A stretch of DNA of 63,764 nucleotides, filler included, from Paramecium tetraurelia (Eukaryota): the NCBI GenBank assembly GCA_000165425.1. It is 8 parts of 6 records of this genome, joined end to end, with 100 filler letters (N's around TTAATTAATTAA, not from the genome) between each part and the next. Parts side by side here need not be neighbours in the genome. Positions count along the whole stretch, not along the records: positions 20,070 to 37,010 come from CT868111.1; positions 37,111 to 53,181 come from CT868112.1; 6 more parts are not named here. One strand, written 5' to 3'. Positions 26,783 through 41,142 of the stretch are shown here, in pieces; the stretch's first letter is position 1; each line of letters opens with the position of its first letter. The notes below the pieces were generated by a model. That model did no database searches. It was not told the DNA's origin and was given only the letters and a program-made list of their open reading frames with translations. The position numbers were made by a program, and so were the translations under genes.

Positions 26783-27894
26783 TCATATAAGATTATAATA
26801 TAATTTATTGTTATATTAAAGTCATTCAACTAAATAGTAATTAATAAATTAGTTATTATCAATTAATATTTTCACCAAAAAACACTGTTGTTTAGAAAAT
26901 ATACTGTTTTAATTATAAATTTTCATAAAGTTATTGAAGAGGTTTAAGAGGTGATTTTTAATATCATTAATGATAATTGTTGCAAATGATGAATTTAACT
27001 TTAATATCTTATTTTTTTATCCTGATTAAAATGCTAATGAATTAAAGTTTAGTTTATTGTTGTTATTTTACTTTTGATTCTGTTGTCAAAAACAAATAAT
27101 TTTTCTATGAGGGATTTCATTCGTATTATGTATGCAAAAAATATTTATTATTTGGATTTATTGAAAAGAGGCTTAGGTTTTTTTTACTAAAAAAACTTCA
27201 TAATGTTAATTGTTGTCAGATATTCTCATATTCTATCCTTTCCTTTAATGATATTGGGACTAATCATGTAAAAACTGTAATAATAAGAAGATCTTTTCAC
27301 TTAATGTAGAATATTTTGTCAGTAAAATCTTGCTAAGATATAACTTTATAGAGATGATTCTAAATAAAACTACCTTTTCTTTAATGAATTAAAAATTAAA
27401 ACAAAAAGAGAGCCAGAATAAATAAATAATTTAAGTCTATTAATTATTGATAACATAAAAATTCACATATTTTATCCATTTTAATACAAAATATATATGA
27501 GTTGTTTGAAAAATGAAAATAAAAATAATCCTTAATGATACGATCAACCATCAATATTTAAATTAAATTTTTAAAAAGAAAGGTGAAGTGATTATAAATC
27601 TTATTATTTTTTCGCATTAATCCAACTTCAAAACTTTCAATCATTTGCATTCTTTTTCATATGATCCACTGCTTCTAAATCAGAAAATTTAATATATATA
27701 TTTCAGATTTTTATCTAGTCAATAAAATAACTCATTAAATTGACTCAACTGAAAATTGAATTTCTGTTATGAAGCCTATTATAAATTTTTTGTATATATT
27801 GCCTTAAAATTTGACTAATTATTGGTTCCTAAATTAGCCTCGATATTATCAATTCTTACAATATGAATGATTTATTATTTAATTAATAGAAATT

Positions 27895-28472
27895 ATGGAT
27901 TAAATATATAAGAATAGTAGACAATTATATTAACAAGAAGAAGCATTTTTAAATTTTTTTTTAAATATATAGTTGATAAAATATTGAAAAGTTGTAGAAC
28001 AAATATATATCGCCCTACCTTCATAAACATTTTATAGATGAATTATTCTGAACAAAGGTTGTATAGAATATTATTGTTTAATTCTATTTTTATTAATCAT
28101 CTTTATTTACTTGGCATTTCTTGCCTTATATAATACTTTAAATGGAATATCCATTAGAATGTTATTATAATTTTTGATGCTAAGCCCTATGAGTTGGTAC
28201 TAATTAAAAATAAAGATAGCTTTTTATAATGGAGTACCCTAAGGAAGTGTATTTTTAATTTTGACATTTACTAGCTGACCTCAGAAACAGATTATGTAAT
28301 ATATTATTTTCGTGGAATTGACCAATATGACCTATATTAAAAGGAGCCTGCCTTTATTTAAATGGTATATTTTATAACGCTTCTTAGAATCTAAATCTCC
28401 AAATTAATACAGAAATGTACCATAATAAAAATAACTAGAAGATTAACGAAAAGAATATAAAAATAGATATTG
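27895..28472 (+). CDS. Possible hypothetical gene or relic between the antigen copies
   Basis: About 500 nt of TGA-free code-6 frame (~27968-28472). The ATG at 27895 connects only through a frameshift in a T-run. Confidence 0.3.
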
Positions 28473-30713
28473 ATTCAAAATATCTCAAAATCATAATTAA
28501 AGCATTTTATTTATTTCATTTGAAATGGGGATAGCAAATAAAATAACTGAAAATATTGAAAGGATTCTGTCATATTTAGAAAAGAGAAAAATGAGATGAT
28601 AAGTATCAATCGAAAGACTAATTTTAGAATATTATGTTTTGAATTATTATTATATAGTTATATAAAGATAAACTAAACTATTATTATCATCAAAGATATT
28701 CTGATTTTTATGAAGATAAGCTAGATGAGAGAAATTTAAATAAAGATTCTACTTAACCTTTAAATCTTGACTATCCAAATTATTACTCACAAAGATTTAT
28801 AGGTTTTATCAATAACTTAAAATAATTATAAGCCGTTATCATAAATGTAGAATCATTGATATATATAATAAAATAAAAATTTAATATAATATTTGACAAA
28901 ATAAAACACTAATATAAAAGCATCCATCATCTTAATAAGAAAAGCATTTAAAAATTTACCTTCTAAACCCCTTAAACTCTCATGCTCCCTTAAATGAGTT
29001 ATTTTTAATATAAATTGAATCCATACAAGAATAATTCATGAGCTGAACTAAATGCATGAATTTTGGAATCATAATAAAAGTCTTATCAATTAAAAGAAAC
29101 ATCAATTATAATAAAGTTACCATTTACTTAAAAAATTGTACATTCAATATAGTTTAAGAAAAAATTTTTGAATTCAGCATAAAAACGGAATTTATTTTTT
29201 AATTTTAAAATAAAAGAACTTAATTATATAAATTATTAACGCATATTTTATTTTAAACTAACAATTAATATAATATTCTTTATTTCATAATATATTAGTT
29301 GGATAATTTTTGGATAGATGACCTAATTGCTTTTAAGAAATTGATTTTAGTTTATATATTTTATTAAAAAGAGTTTCTCAGCCATTAAGATTACAAAAGG
29401 CTTAACTTCAAGAGATATTAAATTCTATAATCAAACTTCTGGTTACTAAAAGTAACATAGCTGCATTTTTAAATTACTATTAACAACTGTGCTGTCATAG
29501 ATTGTTTATGCTTGAATAATATAATTTTAAGATTTTTAGATAGTTATTCTAATCTTTAAAGTGAGATAGCAGAACTTCTTCAAATATAATAAATTGCGCG
29601 ATTATTCAACTTTAATAATTGATTTTATTTCCATTACTATAATTACTACATATGTTAATAGCACAACTCAGGCTGAATTGATGACTTCTATATTGATAAC
29701 TTATTTACATCATTTTAAAATTGAGTTTCTTTCTTTAATTAATACTTGCATACAACCATCATGTATCAACAAATATTTTCTATTATCCTTTTGACTTGTG
29801 TAAGATTCATTTGAGTCAGCTTGAATTGATATCCTAGTAAGGTTTATTCCGCCAATTTTTTCAGATATTTTAAATTTGAAAAATGCAAATACATCTCCAC
29901 AAAATGTCATCAATATTTACTAATTTGCATAAAAACTAAATTACCGTGATCTATTATGTAAAAAAATACATCTGATTAAATTCTAGAAGTTAGGTAAGTA
30001 CATTTTTTATTTAGCAAAACTTTCTTCAACTTTTAAATTATTCAAAAAAAATAAGGAGAGTGCTTTTGCGTTTACTCTAAAACAATCTCACTTTTTGATA
30101 ATTTTATAATTTAACCAATTCATTCAAGTAAGCAAATATATAATATTACTTTTATTAAAGCATAAAGAATAGCATTAGTGCAATTTGCAATTGAAAATAA
30201 TTTTTTTAAGTGATGGAAAGAAGCCCAAATCATATAACAAAAATAAAAGAAAAATGAAGGCTAGGATCAGTTGGGACAGTATTTAACAAGATTACAGGAA
30301 ATGATGAAAGAGGAAGAATGATGGAATGGAATATTTAGATAATATGACTTATAAAGTAGGAGAGAATACTTATAATGACTATAACGAGAAATCAACAGCA
30401 ATAGTGGACGGTTATTACATATGTTTATTGTATTTTTATCAATCTACCATTGATTAGTTATGAATAATTGATGATAGTGCATCTAGATTGGGTATTACAA
30501 TTAAGTACTACGTAACTGTCGGCTAAGAGTCTTCTCATTTTTTTGTCTTGACAGTCAGAATGTTCATTAATTTAATTAATGATGAGGGTTGATTTGGATA
30601 TTTAATTATGCTTAAAGCTTTTGGAAAAATACATATGTATTTAAACTAAACAAAAATATAACATTGTTTAATTATTCAAAAATAAATAATAAAAATATAA
30701 TGAATTACTTTTT

Positions 30714-33700
30714 ATGAATATTAATGTATTGATCCTGACCTTATTGGTTGCTCTTGTAACAAGCCAACAGTATAGTATTTCTTAATGTGATTGTTCCTAA
30801 TTGTTATCAAAAGAGGATTGCTAAAAAAATGATACCATCAAATGTTAATGGGATAGTACAAAGAAGACATGTAAAATTTAGGATACAACAACTAATCCAG
30901 TTATAAACTATGCAAAATATTGTGATAACTTTAAAGAAATGGAATGTCCAAAACAAAAACCATGTAGCAATTGTGGATCCTACTCTGCATGTGCTTGGGT
31001 TGAAGGATAGTGTACATTTTTTACAGATTGCACAGTATTTAACAAACCAACAGATTCAGATTGTTAAGCTATTAGTAATAAATGTATTACTGATGGAACT
31101 CATTGTGTTGAAATAGATACTTGTGACAAATATAAAAAAACAATAATCTTGTGTAAAAAACTTATTAGATAATTTTATGTTATTGGGATACTAAAAATAA
31201 ATAATTGTGTTGATGCTGATACTTGTGGATAAATTACCAATTAAATTTTAAACAGATAAAGAATGTAGACATGAAATACAAAGTTGTACTGCAAAATCAG
31301 GAGGTGGATGTATTGATAGTGGAATTAATTGTACTGATTAAAGTTTAGAAATTTAATGTTTTTGGGATTAATCAATGAAAATGGAATGTTATTGGAATGG
31401 AACATAATGTAAAGATAGAATATGTGATAATGCACCTACTACTTTAAATAGTGACGATGCTTGTAAATTATTCAAAACTGATGGATCATGTACTACAAAA
31501 CTTAATGGTGGATGTATTACTAGAACTACTTGTTAAGCTGCTACAATATCAGCAGCTTGTATTAAAAATAGTACAAATGAAGATTGTTATTGGACTGGAA
31601 CTGCATGTGTGGATAAAATATGTTCAAATGCACCAACTACATTAACAACTAATTCAGTTTGTGCTGCATTTTCAAAAGGATGCATAACTAAGTAAGGGGG
31701 AGGATGTGTTCTAAATGGAGATTGCTCAGCTGCTAATATTTCAACGGCATGTGTTAAAAGTATCAATAATTTTGATTGTATTTGGGATTCAACTTGCAAA
31801 GAAAAAAACATGTGGTAAATGCTCCAAAGTCTAATACTACTCATGATTAATGTACTTTCTTATTTATCTACCTTGTACTTGTGTAATCAGGAGGAAGGAT
31901 GTCAAAAGAGAACATGTGACAATGCTCCTATAACATTGAATACAAATGATGCATGTGAAACATATTTACCTGCAAATAAATGTATAACCAAAAATGGAGG
32001 TGGATGTACAATAAACACCACTTGTTCACTAATCTCAATAGAAGTTGCTTGTATCAAAAATTCATTAGGATAACCTTGCTTTTGGCATGCTGCAAGTGGA
32101 AGTTGCAAAGATAGGATTTGTGCGAATGCTCCCTCTAGTAATAATAGTCATGAACTATGTTAATAATTTTTGAATACCTGTACTGTCAATTCTACAAATA
32201 CAGGATGTGTTGAAAAAACATGTGAAAACTCATTAACTTTATCAATTTGCGATAAAGATTTAAACAACAATATATGTATCTGGAAAGCAAGGTGTTATAT
32301 GAAATAATGTGCAATGGCTTCAAATTCAATAACATCTCATTCTGAATGTCAAACTTATTATTCAAGTTGTACATTAAGCAACACTGGAAAAGGATGTGTT
32401 ACATTACCTCTGAAATGTGAAGCAATTACAATAGAAGCTGCTTGCAAAATAAAAGCTAATAAATAATCTTGTGGTTGGACAGGATCTTAATGTATTGATA
32501 AAGCCTGCAATACTGCTCCCAAAACTATTTAAACAACTTCAGACTGTCAAGCTTACTTATCTTCTTGTGTGGCTAATAATCCAATAACAATAAATGGAAC
32601 CTCAACTATTTAAGGATGCTAAGATTTACCTAAAACTTGCGATTCTAGAAAATCATCTGAAAATTGTAATATCACAAGAGCAGCATTTCCAACCTGTTTT
32701 TGGGGATTCTTTATCAAACAAATGCGTTGAAAAATCTTGTACAACTGCAAACTTATCAGGTTCACCAGGAGCACTCTCAAAAGGGTAATTCACATTTGAT
32801 AATTGTTAAAGTTACTTGAGCACATGCACAACTACTAATGCTCAAGGTAGTTGTACTTAAACATCATATCCTTGCATTTCAAATAATAGTTAAGATGGAT
32901 GTATGGTTAAGCCCACAAGTTGTTCATAGTTAGTTCAGTAAAATTGTAAAGATGGATCGAGATCTAATGGTGATTGTTATTGGAATGGATCTAATTGTGT
33001 TGAAAAGACATGTACTAATATAATATTAACAACACATAATGATTGCTATAATATATTCAATTAATGTACCGTCAATGATGATGGCACAGCATGTATACCA
33101 TTAGCTTCTGCTTGCACTTCATATCAAATTTAATAGAATTGTAAAATTACATCTACATAAGAGAATTGTTATTGGACAGGAACAGTTTGTAGAAATGCAA
33201 TTTTGTGATGACACTCCAGATTCTGATCTATTTGATTCAGATGAAGAATGTCTTAAATATCAAACTCAGAATGAAACATGTACAATAATTGCAAAAGTGG
33301 GATCTTAAGGATGTGTACAAAAATAACCGGTTTGTTCAAATTACAAGACTTCCAGTTAATGTCACAAGACTTTATCAAATTTAAATGCTTAAGATGATTG
33401 TAAATGGATTAATGGAATATGTTATTCATTATCAACTTTTGCAACAGGACCTTGTTCTACGTTTAAAGGAACATAAGATATATGCAAAGCTTATAGATAA
33501 GGATGCACAAATGTAGCTAATGCTAGCACTTCAACTGCATGTACATTAGATTGTACTTTAAAAATTGGAAGTGGATTGACATTCTAAGATTGCTAAAATG
33601 TAGACCCAACTTGTTCGGTTAAAAAGGATGGTAGTGGTTGTATTGTAATTTAATCTACATGTGCAGGATATGGTACAACAGATGTAAATTGTTATAAATC

Positions 33701-36700
33701 TAATGCAACTGGAACACAAGCAAATTGTATCATGAATAAAGCCACACCACCAAGTTGTTAATCAGTGAGTTCAGCATCTGATTGTGCACTTGTAAGTGGA
33801 TCAGGACTTGATCATGCTAAATGCTAAGCATTTAATATTGCATGTACATCTTTAGGTAAAGGAAATGGGTGTTAAGAATTTAAAGCAAATTGCACTGCTT
33901 ATACTGGTAATACTGATAATTGCACAGTCTCTTAATAAGGTAAATGTTATATAAATGATCTAAATGGTTCTGATTGTATGCGTTTTTCTAATTGTTTTTC
34001 AATTACTGGAACAAACCTTACTCATTAAATCTGTAATTCCTAGAACACTGATTGTACAGTAAATAAATAAAAAACAGCATGTTAAGATAGAAGAGCTACA
34101 TGTGATTTATACCCATCACAAGAATAATGCACAATATCTGCAGCTGCCTTAAAAGCAAGTTAATGTGTTTGGAGTGGAACAGCCTGTCTTGCTGTTACAG
34201 TAGTTGCTACTCATTGTTCATACATAACTGGAACTTACTTGACAGATTCATTTTGTGCTACCTACAATAATAATTGTACTGTAAATTACGAAAAGACGGC
34301 CTGTTAGGAGAAAAAAGCTTCATGTGGTTTATATTTAACGAAAAGTTCATGCACTTTATCATTGGCAACTGGATCAGCAGGAAAATGCATATGGAATAAT
34401 GGAAGTTGTGGTATCATGATGTCACTTCTGACAATTGCTGAATCTATAAATAACTATGAAATGTCAAGTAAAATTTGTGCAGAGTTCAATCCAGCTTTTG
34501 CAGCAGCATCAGATGGAAATAGCTGCTTTATAAAAAAAGCTTAATGTAGTATGTACACAGAAGAATCGTATTGTACAACATCCTCAGCATCAGGTACAGC
34601 AGCAAATTGTATTTGGGATGGTTCGCATTGTTAAGCATTTACATCTGGTTTACTGTGCAAATATATCATAGGAAGTAATAAGCTTGATAGTTATTGCCCT
34701 TCAATTAATCCATTATGTACAACAAAATTATATAGAAGCAACTGTTATGGAAAGATGGCTAATTGTTCAGATTATAAAGGTGAAGGTGATTGCTAATAAT
34801 CATTAGCTTCTGGTACAGCAGGATATTGTATATGGACTGGTTCAATTTGCACTTATGTGACAAACCCTTCGAATGATTGTGGTTATGCTAAAATCTATAT
34901 TGAAAATCCAGATTTAGTTTGTGCTAATTATCATGCTTCTTGTATTCCTTACTTTGGTGAAAGAGGATGTCAATAGATTCAATCAAATTGTTCCTCATAC
35001 AAAACTAAAAAAGACTGTTATTAATCTTTGAATGACGGTTATTGTGCTTGGATAAATGAGGATTGCATAATTTTAACAAGCCCGAGTCAATGTGCTTTAG
35101 TTTCTGGTTCTGATTTGACTGGTACTTATTGCAATGGATTACATAAAGAATGCTGGGCAACTGCAAAGAAAGATGGTTGCTATTAGATGAAAAATACTTG
35201 TGCAGAATACAATATGGCAGCAAATATTTGTGTTAGAAGTTTAAATGATGGAAATGCTGGACTATGTGCTTGGAACAAAACTAATGGGTGTTATAAAATA
35301 ACATCTCCAAGTCAATGCGATTATATGGATACAATTTTGATAGACACCTCTTTTAGAACAACAGATGCCATTTGCGCTAATTTTAATGCTGGCTGCGTTG
35401 CAAGTTTGGAGTTAAATGGTTGTTAAGAAATATAAAAAAGTTGTTCATTATATGTAGATTCTTTTAAATGTATTAAAGCTGGATGCATCATGAAAAATGA
35501 AAAATGCACCTCGGTAACAGATCCTGCTACTGACTGTCAATATATTCCGAAGTAACTTTTTAATCTTTCTTGCGAATCTTATCATAGTGGTTGCACAAGC
35601 AATAAATATTAATCTAGCTGTCAAGTAAAAAAAGCCATTTGTGGGGAATATACAACAAAAGAAACTTGTGTAAGATCAGCTGCTGAACCTCCTTTCGATT
35701 GGTGTGTTTATCTCAATTCAAATTGTGTTCCTGTAAGAGGATTGTTAACTGATTGTGCAGCCATTACTGCAACTTCAGGTTTGAGTGATTCCGATTGCTC
35801 TGGGTATAACTCTATCTGCACATCAAATAAAGCTGGGACTGCTTGTTAAGATAAAAAGAGCTTATGTACAGATTACCAAAATTAGGATTCATGTACTGTT
35901 TCCTCAGGTTCTAAATGCATTTGGAAATCTAGTTGTATTTCTGTTAGTGATCCAACTACTGACTGTGTATATGTAGTTGGTACAAATTTAACTCATGATA
36001 TTTGTGTCTCTTATAATAATAAATGTACTGTAAATAAAGCAGGAACCTCTTGTTAGGAAATGAAAAACACTTGTGCAGAGTATACAAAAAGTGACAATTG
36101 CACTAGGTCGTAAGATTCTGGACCACAAAGTAATTGTGTCTGGCATTCTAAATGCTCTTCTGTCACCAATACTTCTACAGATTGTGTTTATGTAACTGGT
36201 AGCAATCTGACCAAAGATATATGTGCTTTATATAATCCTGATTGCACAGTTAATTATTCAGGAACTGCTTGTTAGTAAAAGAAATCCAGTTGTTCAGGTT
36301 ATACTTTGAAAGAAAATTGTTCAGCAGATTGCATATGGGATGAAGCATTAAAATGCATTTCTATCTCAGATCCTTCTACTTAATGCAGCTTAGTGAATGG
36401 AAAGACGGGACTCAACCTTGACATGTGTAAATTATATCATAGTAAATGTATTAATCTATAGGATGGTACTGGATGTTAACACTCCTAGACAGATTGTAAG
36501 AATTATACAACTTAGAATTCATGTGTTGCATAGGCTGATGAGACTTCCTGTTTATGGTATGAAAATTCTTGCTACAAAATAACAGGTACTACTTGTAATA
36601 CAATTACTGGGGCTGATCTGAATCATAATATATGTTTCTCTTATAACAAAGGCTGCACCTCATTAAGTGATGGCACTTCATGTTAAGATTATAAGTCAAC

Positions 36701-37010
36701 ATGCGAATAGTATTTAGGAACAACTGAATCTTGTACTTATTCTGTAAATGGAAAATGCTACCTCTATAATTCAAACACTTGTATTACTATTTTAAATGTT
36801 TCTACCGATTGTGCTAAGATTACAGGTGTATCATTAACTTATGAAATTTGTTAATCATATAATTTGGGATGCAGTGTTAATAGAGCCAAAACTGCTTGTG
36901 TTTAAAAAGCAGCATAATGTTCTGGATATTCAACTGCAATGACAGGTTGCTATCAAGCAGGAGAAGGATTATGTATTGCATCCACTAGTAATGATTCAGC
37001 ATGTGTGCCT
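30714..37010 (+). CDS. G/A-type surface (immobilization) antigen paralog, copy 2; 3' end lost in gap
   Basis: MNINVLILTLLVALVTSQQYSISQCDCSQLLSKEDC...CQWDSTKKTC...CQAISNKCITDGTHCVE closely follows the Paramecium G/A antigen N-terminus as recalled. 33517-37010 aligns to 20070-23585. Many +1 homopolymer frameshifts at 31140-33210. Confidence 0.92.
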
Positions 37011-37110
37011 NNNNNNNNNNNNNNNNNNNNNNNNNNNNNNNNNNNNNNNNNNNNTTAATTAATTAANNNNNNNNNNNNNNNNNNNNNNNNNNNNNNNNNN
37101 NNNNNNNNNN

Positions 37111-39104
37111 TATAAGACATCTATTTTAGTTTAGAATATAATGATTTAGACAACGAGTGCAATGTGTTTAACTTGTGCATGTTTAGCAAACTTGAGGGCA
37201 ATCAACGAATATGTTCCTTGGTTAGTTAGAATCATTGTTAGTCACTAAGAAGTTATCTGTAATTTGAGAATATGGTAGGCATACTGAATTATCATAAATA
37301 GTATAGCCACCTTTACAACTCTTCACACATTCTAATTCCTATGTTAAATATGATGGTGGGCATTCTATTTCACAAACCATTGTATCTCTATCATTATACT
37401 TAAATATTTAAGATTATTACAATCCTTCACATAGGTTGTGTCATACGAACTAAAGAAATAATTTTTATCGCAACCCAAACATTGAATATCATTGGCACAA
37501 AAGCAATATTTACAAGGTGAGTTGCATTTTTCCCAATCATTCCATCCTGCTCCGCGCCAATCACATTTTTAGTACTCTTAAGTTTATTCTTTATCACTTA
37601 GACAATAATGGCCAATATCCTTTTCGCTATAATTGCAATTGTTTGTACTTCTACATAGGTATATAGGGGGTTATTCTGTATTCGAACAATTGTACTTGTA
37701 TCAATATTTTCCTATACACTTTTTTAAGCAAATTTAATTTGACTATAAATATTAGCCATCTTTGCATTTAAAGCAAGCACTAAAAAATTAAGCCTAAAAG
37801 CAAGTGTTTGATGAATTCTATTTGCAATAAGCTGCAGAATCCTAAATGCTAAAATAGGGTTGACAAAGTTTGCTCCATTCATTAATAGAGTTCGAAATGT
37901 TTCTTTTGCAAAATATTGCATTAGGATCTGAGCAAGCATATGGAGACACTAAAGAATTTATCTAAATGCATTATCCGTTTTATAATTTATAATTATCTGC
38001 ACAATTTATACAAGCTAATCCCTATAGTATAAGAGAATTCTAGGTTGTTATTGGAGAACAACCATTCTAAGTTTCTTTAAAGCCAGCTGTACAATTATGA
38101 ATGTTTTTATCATCATATGGATCTTGTTCTTTGCAATAATGGGTTTTAGGTGAACAGATTGCACAATATGCACCAACAAATAATAAGCAATCCCCTTGAC
38201 CTTGTTTAATCCCATAACCTTTAAGGATTCTGATGTCTTGAATATCAATCATTTCTGTACCAAGATCATCGGTAAATATTGGTCCAAATATTAATCTTTT
38301 GTATGCTAGTACATTTTAAATAATTTTCTATGAAACCTAATCGCTATTAATATAAACTCTGAATAGCTTTTTTTAATTCATTAGAATAAAATCAGTATTA
38401 TAACTTAGCTCCAAAACGCCAGCTGTCATATGAGACCAAGCGCTATTTTCCAGTTGACCTAAAGGGGAGTTACTATAATTTTGATGAAATTATAATTAAT
38501 AGTCGAAATTAACTCCAGAACCTAGGCTCGTCTGTTGTAGTGCCTCATCAGTCAAAGATATAAACTAAAAAAGCGATACTATATTTTATGGTTTAATCCA
38601 AAACATAATTGTTAAGGAACCTAAATCCTCCATAAAATTGTATCTATCCGTGTATTCTTAAATAACAGCAATCCAACAAAATCACTATAAAATATTGGGT
38701 TGGACTATTATCTCAAAGCTAAATTCGTAAATTAATCTGTAACATTAAGACCTTTTAGCTAATAAGGTTTTAGAAAGTATTTCAATTCTAAATCATAATC
38801 CAAATAAATTTCTGAATCCATTGTTGTCCATCCATTGAAATAATAAAAATTGGCAATGTTTACACATGCTTTATAATCAGTAGTAGTGTTAAATAATTAT
38901 TCATTTGTTATTCTAGAATGCACCCCAAAATTATATTTTAATCTTATCATAACGAAACTATTTACTTTTAATTAACTAAAGTCTCTTAAATCGAATTCAT
39001 CTTCTAATCAATTGGAGAAAAGAATTTTAAATTAATAAATGTATTGCTAGTGCTCTAATCTATAGATAATACTATATGAGACCAACTGCCAATATAAAGA
39101 TCAT
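37111..39104 (-). CDS. LamG/ConA-like domain plus furin-like Cys repeats surface protein; 5' part disrupted, 3' end in gap
   Basis: GSLTIMFWIKP...AWSHMTAG...LFRVYIN...LIFGP...IDIQDIRI followed by CxxC repeats to the gap. A frameshift near 38660 and an in-frame TGA near 39010 make the start uncertain. Confidence 0.65.
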
Positions 39105-41142
39105 TTTACCTTCAATATATAAAATGTATACTATATTAACAATCTCTGGAGACTATCTCTAATTCAATAAGGTCATTTTGTAATTTCCTGCAGCTGTTTC
39201 TTAATTCAACATTAAATTAATGCACTAATATGAATTAATTCTTTACAGGATTATTTGTGTTGTCATCGACAAAAGCAAACAAAATTTATTTTCCAGTCAA
39301 TTTTGATTGTTTATATATATTTATCCATAAGGTGAATGTAATCTTATCAAGATTTAGTAGATTTCCAGATTATGAAAGATACTCGTAAAAGTAATAGATT
39401 AAANNNNNNNNNNNNNNNNNNNNNNNNNNNNNNNNNNNNNNNNNNNNNNNNNNNNNNNNNNNNNNNNNNNNNNNNNNNNNNNNNNNNNNNNNNNNNNNNN
39501 NNNNNNNNNNNNNNNNNNNNNNNNNNNNNNNNNNNNNNNNNNNNNNNNNNNNNNNNNNNNNNNNNNNNNNNNNNNNNNNNNNNNNNNNNNNNNNNNNNNN
39601 NNNNNNNNNNNNNNNNNNNNNNNNNNNNNNNNNNNNNNNNNNNNNNNNNNNNNNNNNNNNNNNNNNNNNNNNNNNNNNNNNNNNNNNNNNNNNNAGGATT
39701 TAAATTTTCATTCGGCACTTAGTTAATAATTTATCATTATAATTAAACTTAAAATAATTACTCATTAAGTTTTATAAAATAATGTTAAATAGTATAAAAC
39801 CCTTTACTTGCTTTCTAAGATTTTTTTAGAAAATCTTAAAAATTAAATATTTAAATGTTCTGGTAAAGAGATATTAAAACATATGAACTCATTTTCTAAT
39901 ATTAAATTTTATCATTTATTTGAATTGAAATATATGAGCAACCATTCATAAGTTGTGTTATTATGGTTTTTTTTAAACATGTTAACATCTTGTATCAAAA
40001 AGCCTTTTACAGATTATTAAACGAAATGTTCTATTTTTTGAAGAAATTTTAGAAAGTAAAATAATAATATACATATTTATATTATTATTTAATTATATTT
40101 CTTGAATTACATATAAGGCTAATAGATAGAATGCAAATCCTGATAATTAAAGAAGAAACATAAAGATAACAAAAATAGCTCTACTAAATTATAGGGAAAA
40201 GTTAAATCAAAAGCTCTAGTTAATCTAGAATAATTCATAAATCAAAATAAATTTTGAAAACCATAGTAAAAACAACTAAAATTAGAGAGGATCTTATAAT
40301 AATTGTAAATCAAGAAATTGCAATGATATAATATTGATATTAAACATACAATTTAGGATCTGAATTTGAATTAAAATTCGTAGAAGATTTGAAAAGTCAA
40401 GGGAATATTGCAAGAGAGGACCATAAAAATTATATTATTATTAGCAGAAATATATCATTGAGAGATAAAAGTTGAGGAATTATTAAAAAGATGTTCAACC
40501 GCTAATTTAATCAATTATTAAAAATGTTGTATCAGCTAATTTTAAAAAGGTTTAGATAAGGAAAAATGGCATAACATTTTGTTTCGCTCCTATTCTAATC
40601 AATATGACATTTACTCATATACTTTAACACCAAAACTTTATGAAAATGGATCTGCAAAACTTCTGCAAGATTTTTTATTTAAATAGGTTTAGCTAGGACA
40701 TTCTAAAACACTAATATTTGAGTAATTTATTTGGAGCATTCATCATTTCAAACAAGTGCTCCACTACTTAATATTTTATTTAAATCAAATAAAATATTAT
40801 TATAAGCACTACTATTAATCCAATTTTAAACAAACACAAGATTCAACAATGCATTTTATTACTAAAAGTTATGCCTCTATTTTTAAAGTATCCAACATTG
40901 TGTAATATTTGAGCAAAATTTCTAAGACTTATTATTAAAGTTCCCATAGGACAACCCATTTGATAGCATGTTCTGAAGTCAGGAATAAACATTCAATTAC
41001 TATTACAATTATAACAATGCTTTATGTTTGCGGATTGTAAATTATTTGCTCAAGCTTTAAAGAAATATCCCCAGATTGGCTTTATATCATAATTAGATAA
41101 GATGAAGATAAAATAATTTTTATATAATGTGAATATAATATT

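Noticed and set aside
33951..33959. 9-nt insertion (ATAAATGAT) in antigen copy 2 as an IES
   Set aside because: Far below the minimal IES size, in frame, and looks like a local tandem duplication.
20070..37010. Frameshifts as programmed ribosomal frameshifting or retained IESs
   Set aside because: They are single-base homopolymer extensions without a consistent Euplotes-type AAA-stop context, and no TA-bounded insertion of 26 nt or more distinguishes the two copies.
39695..41100. Possible gene(s) downstream of the REJ gene
   Set aside because: Moderately long frames on both strands but no coherent start, splice and stop model or motif.
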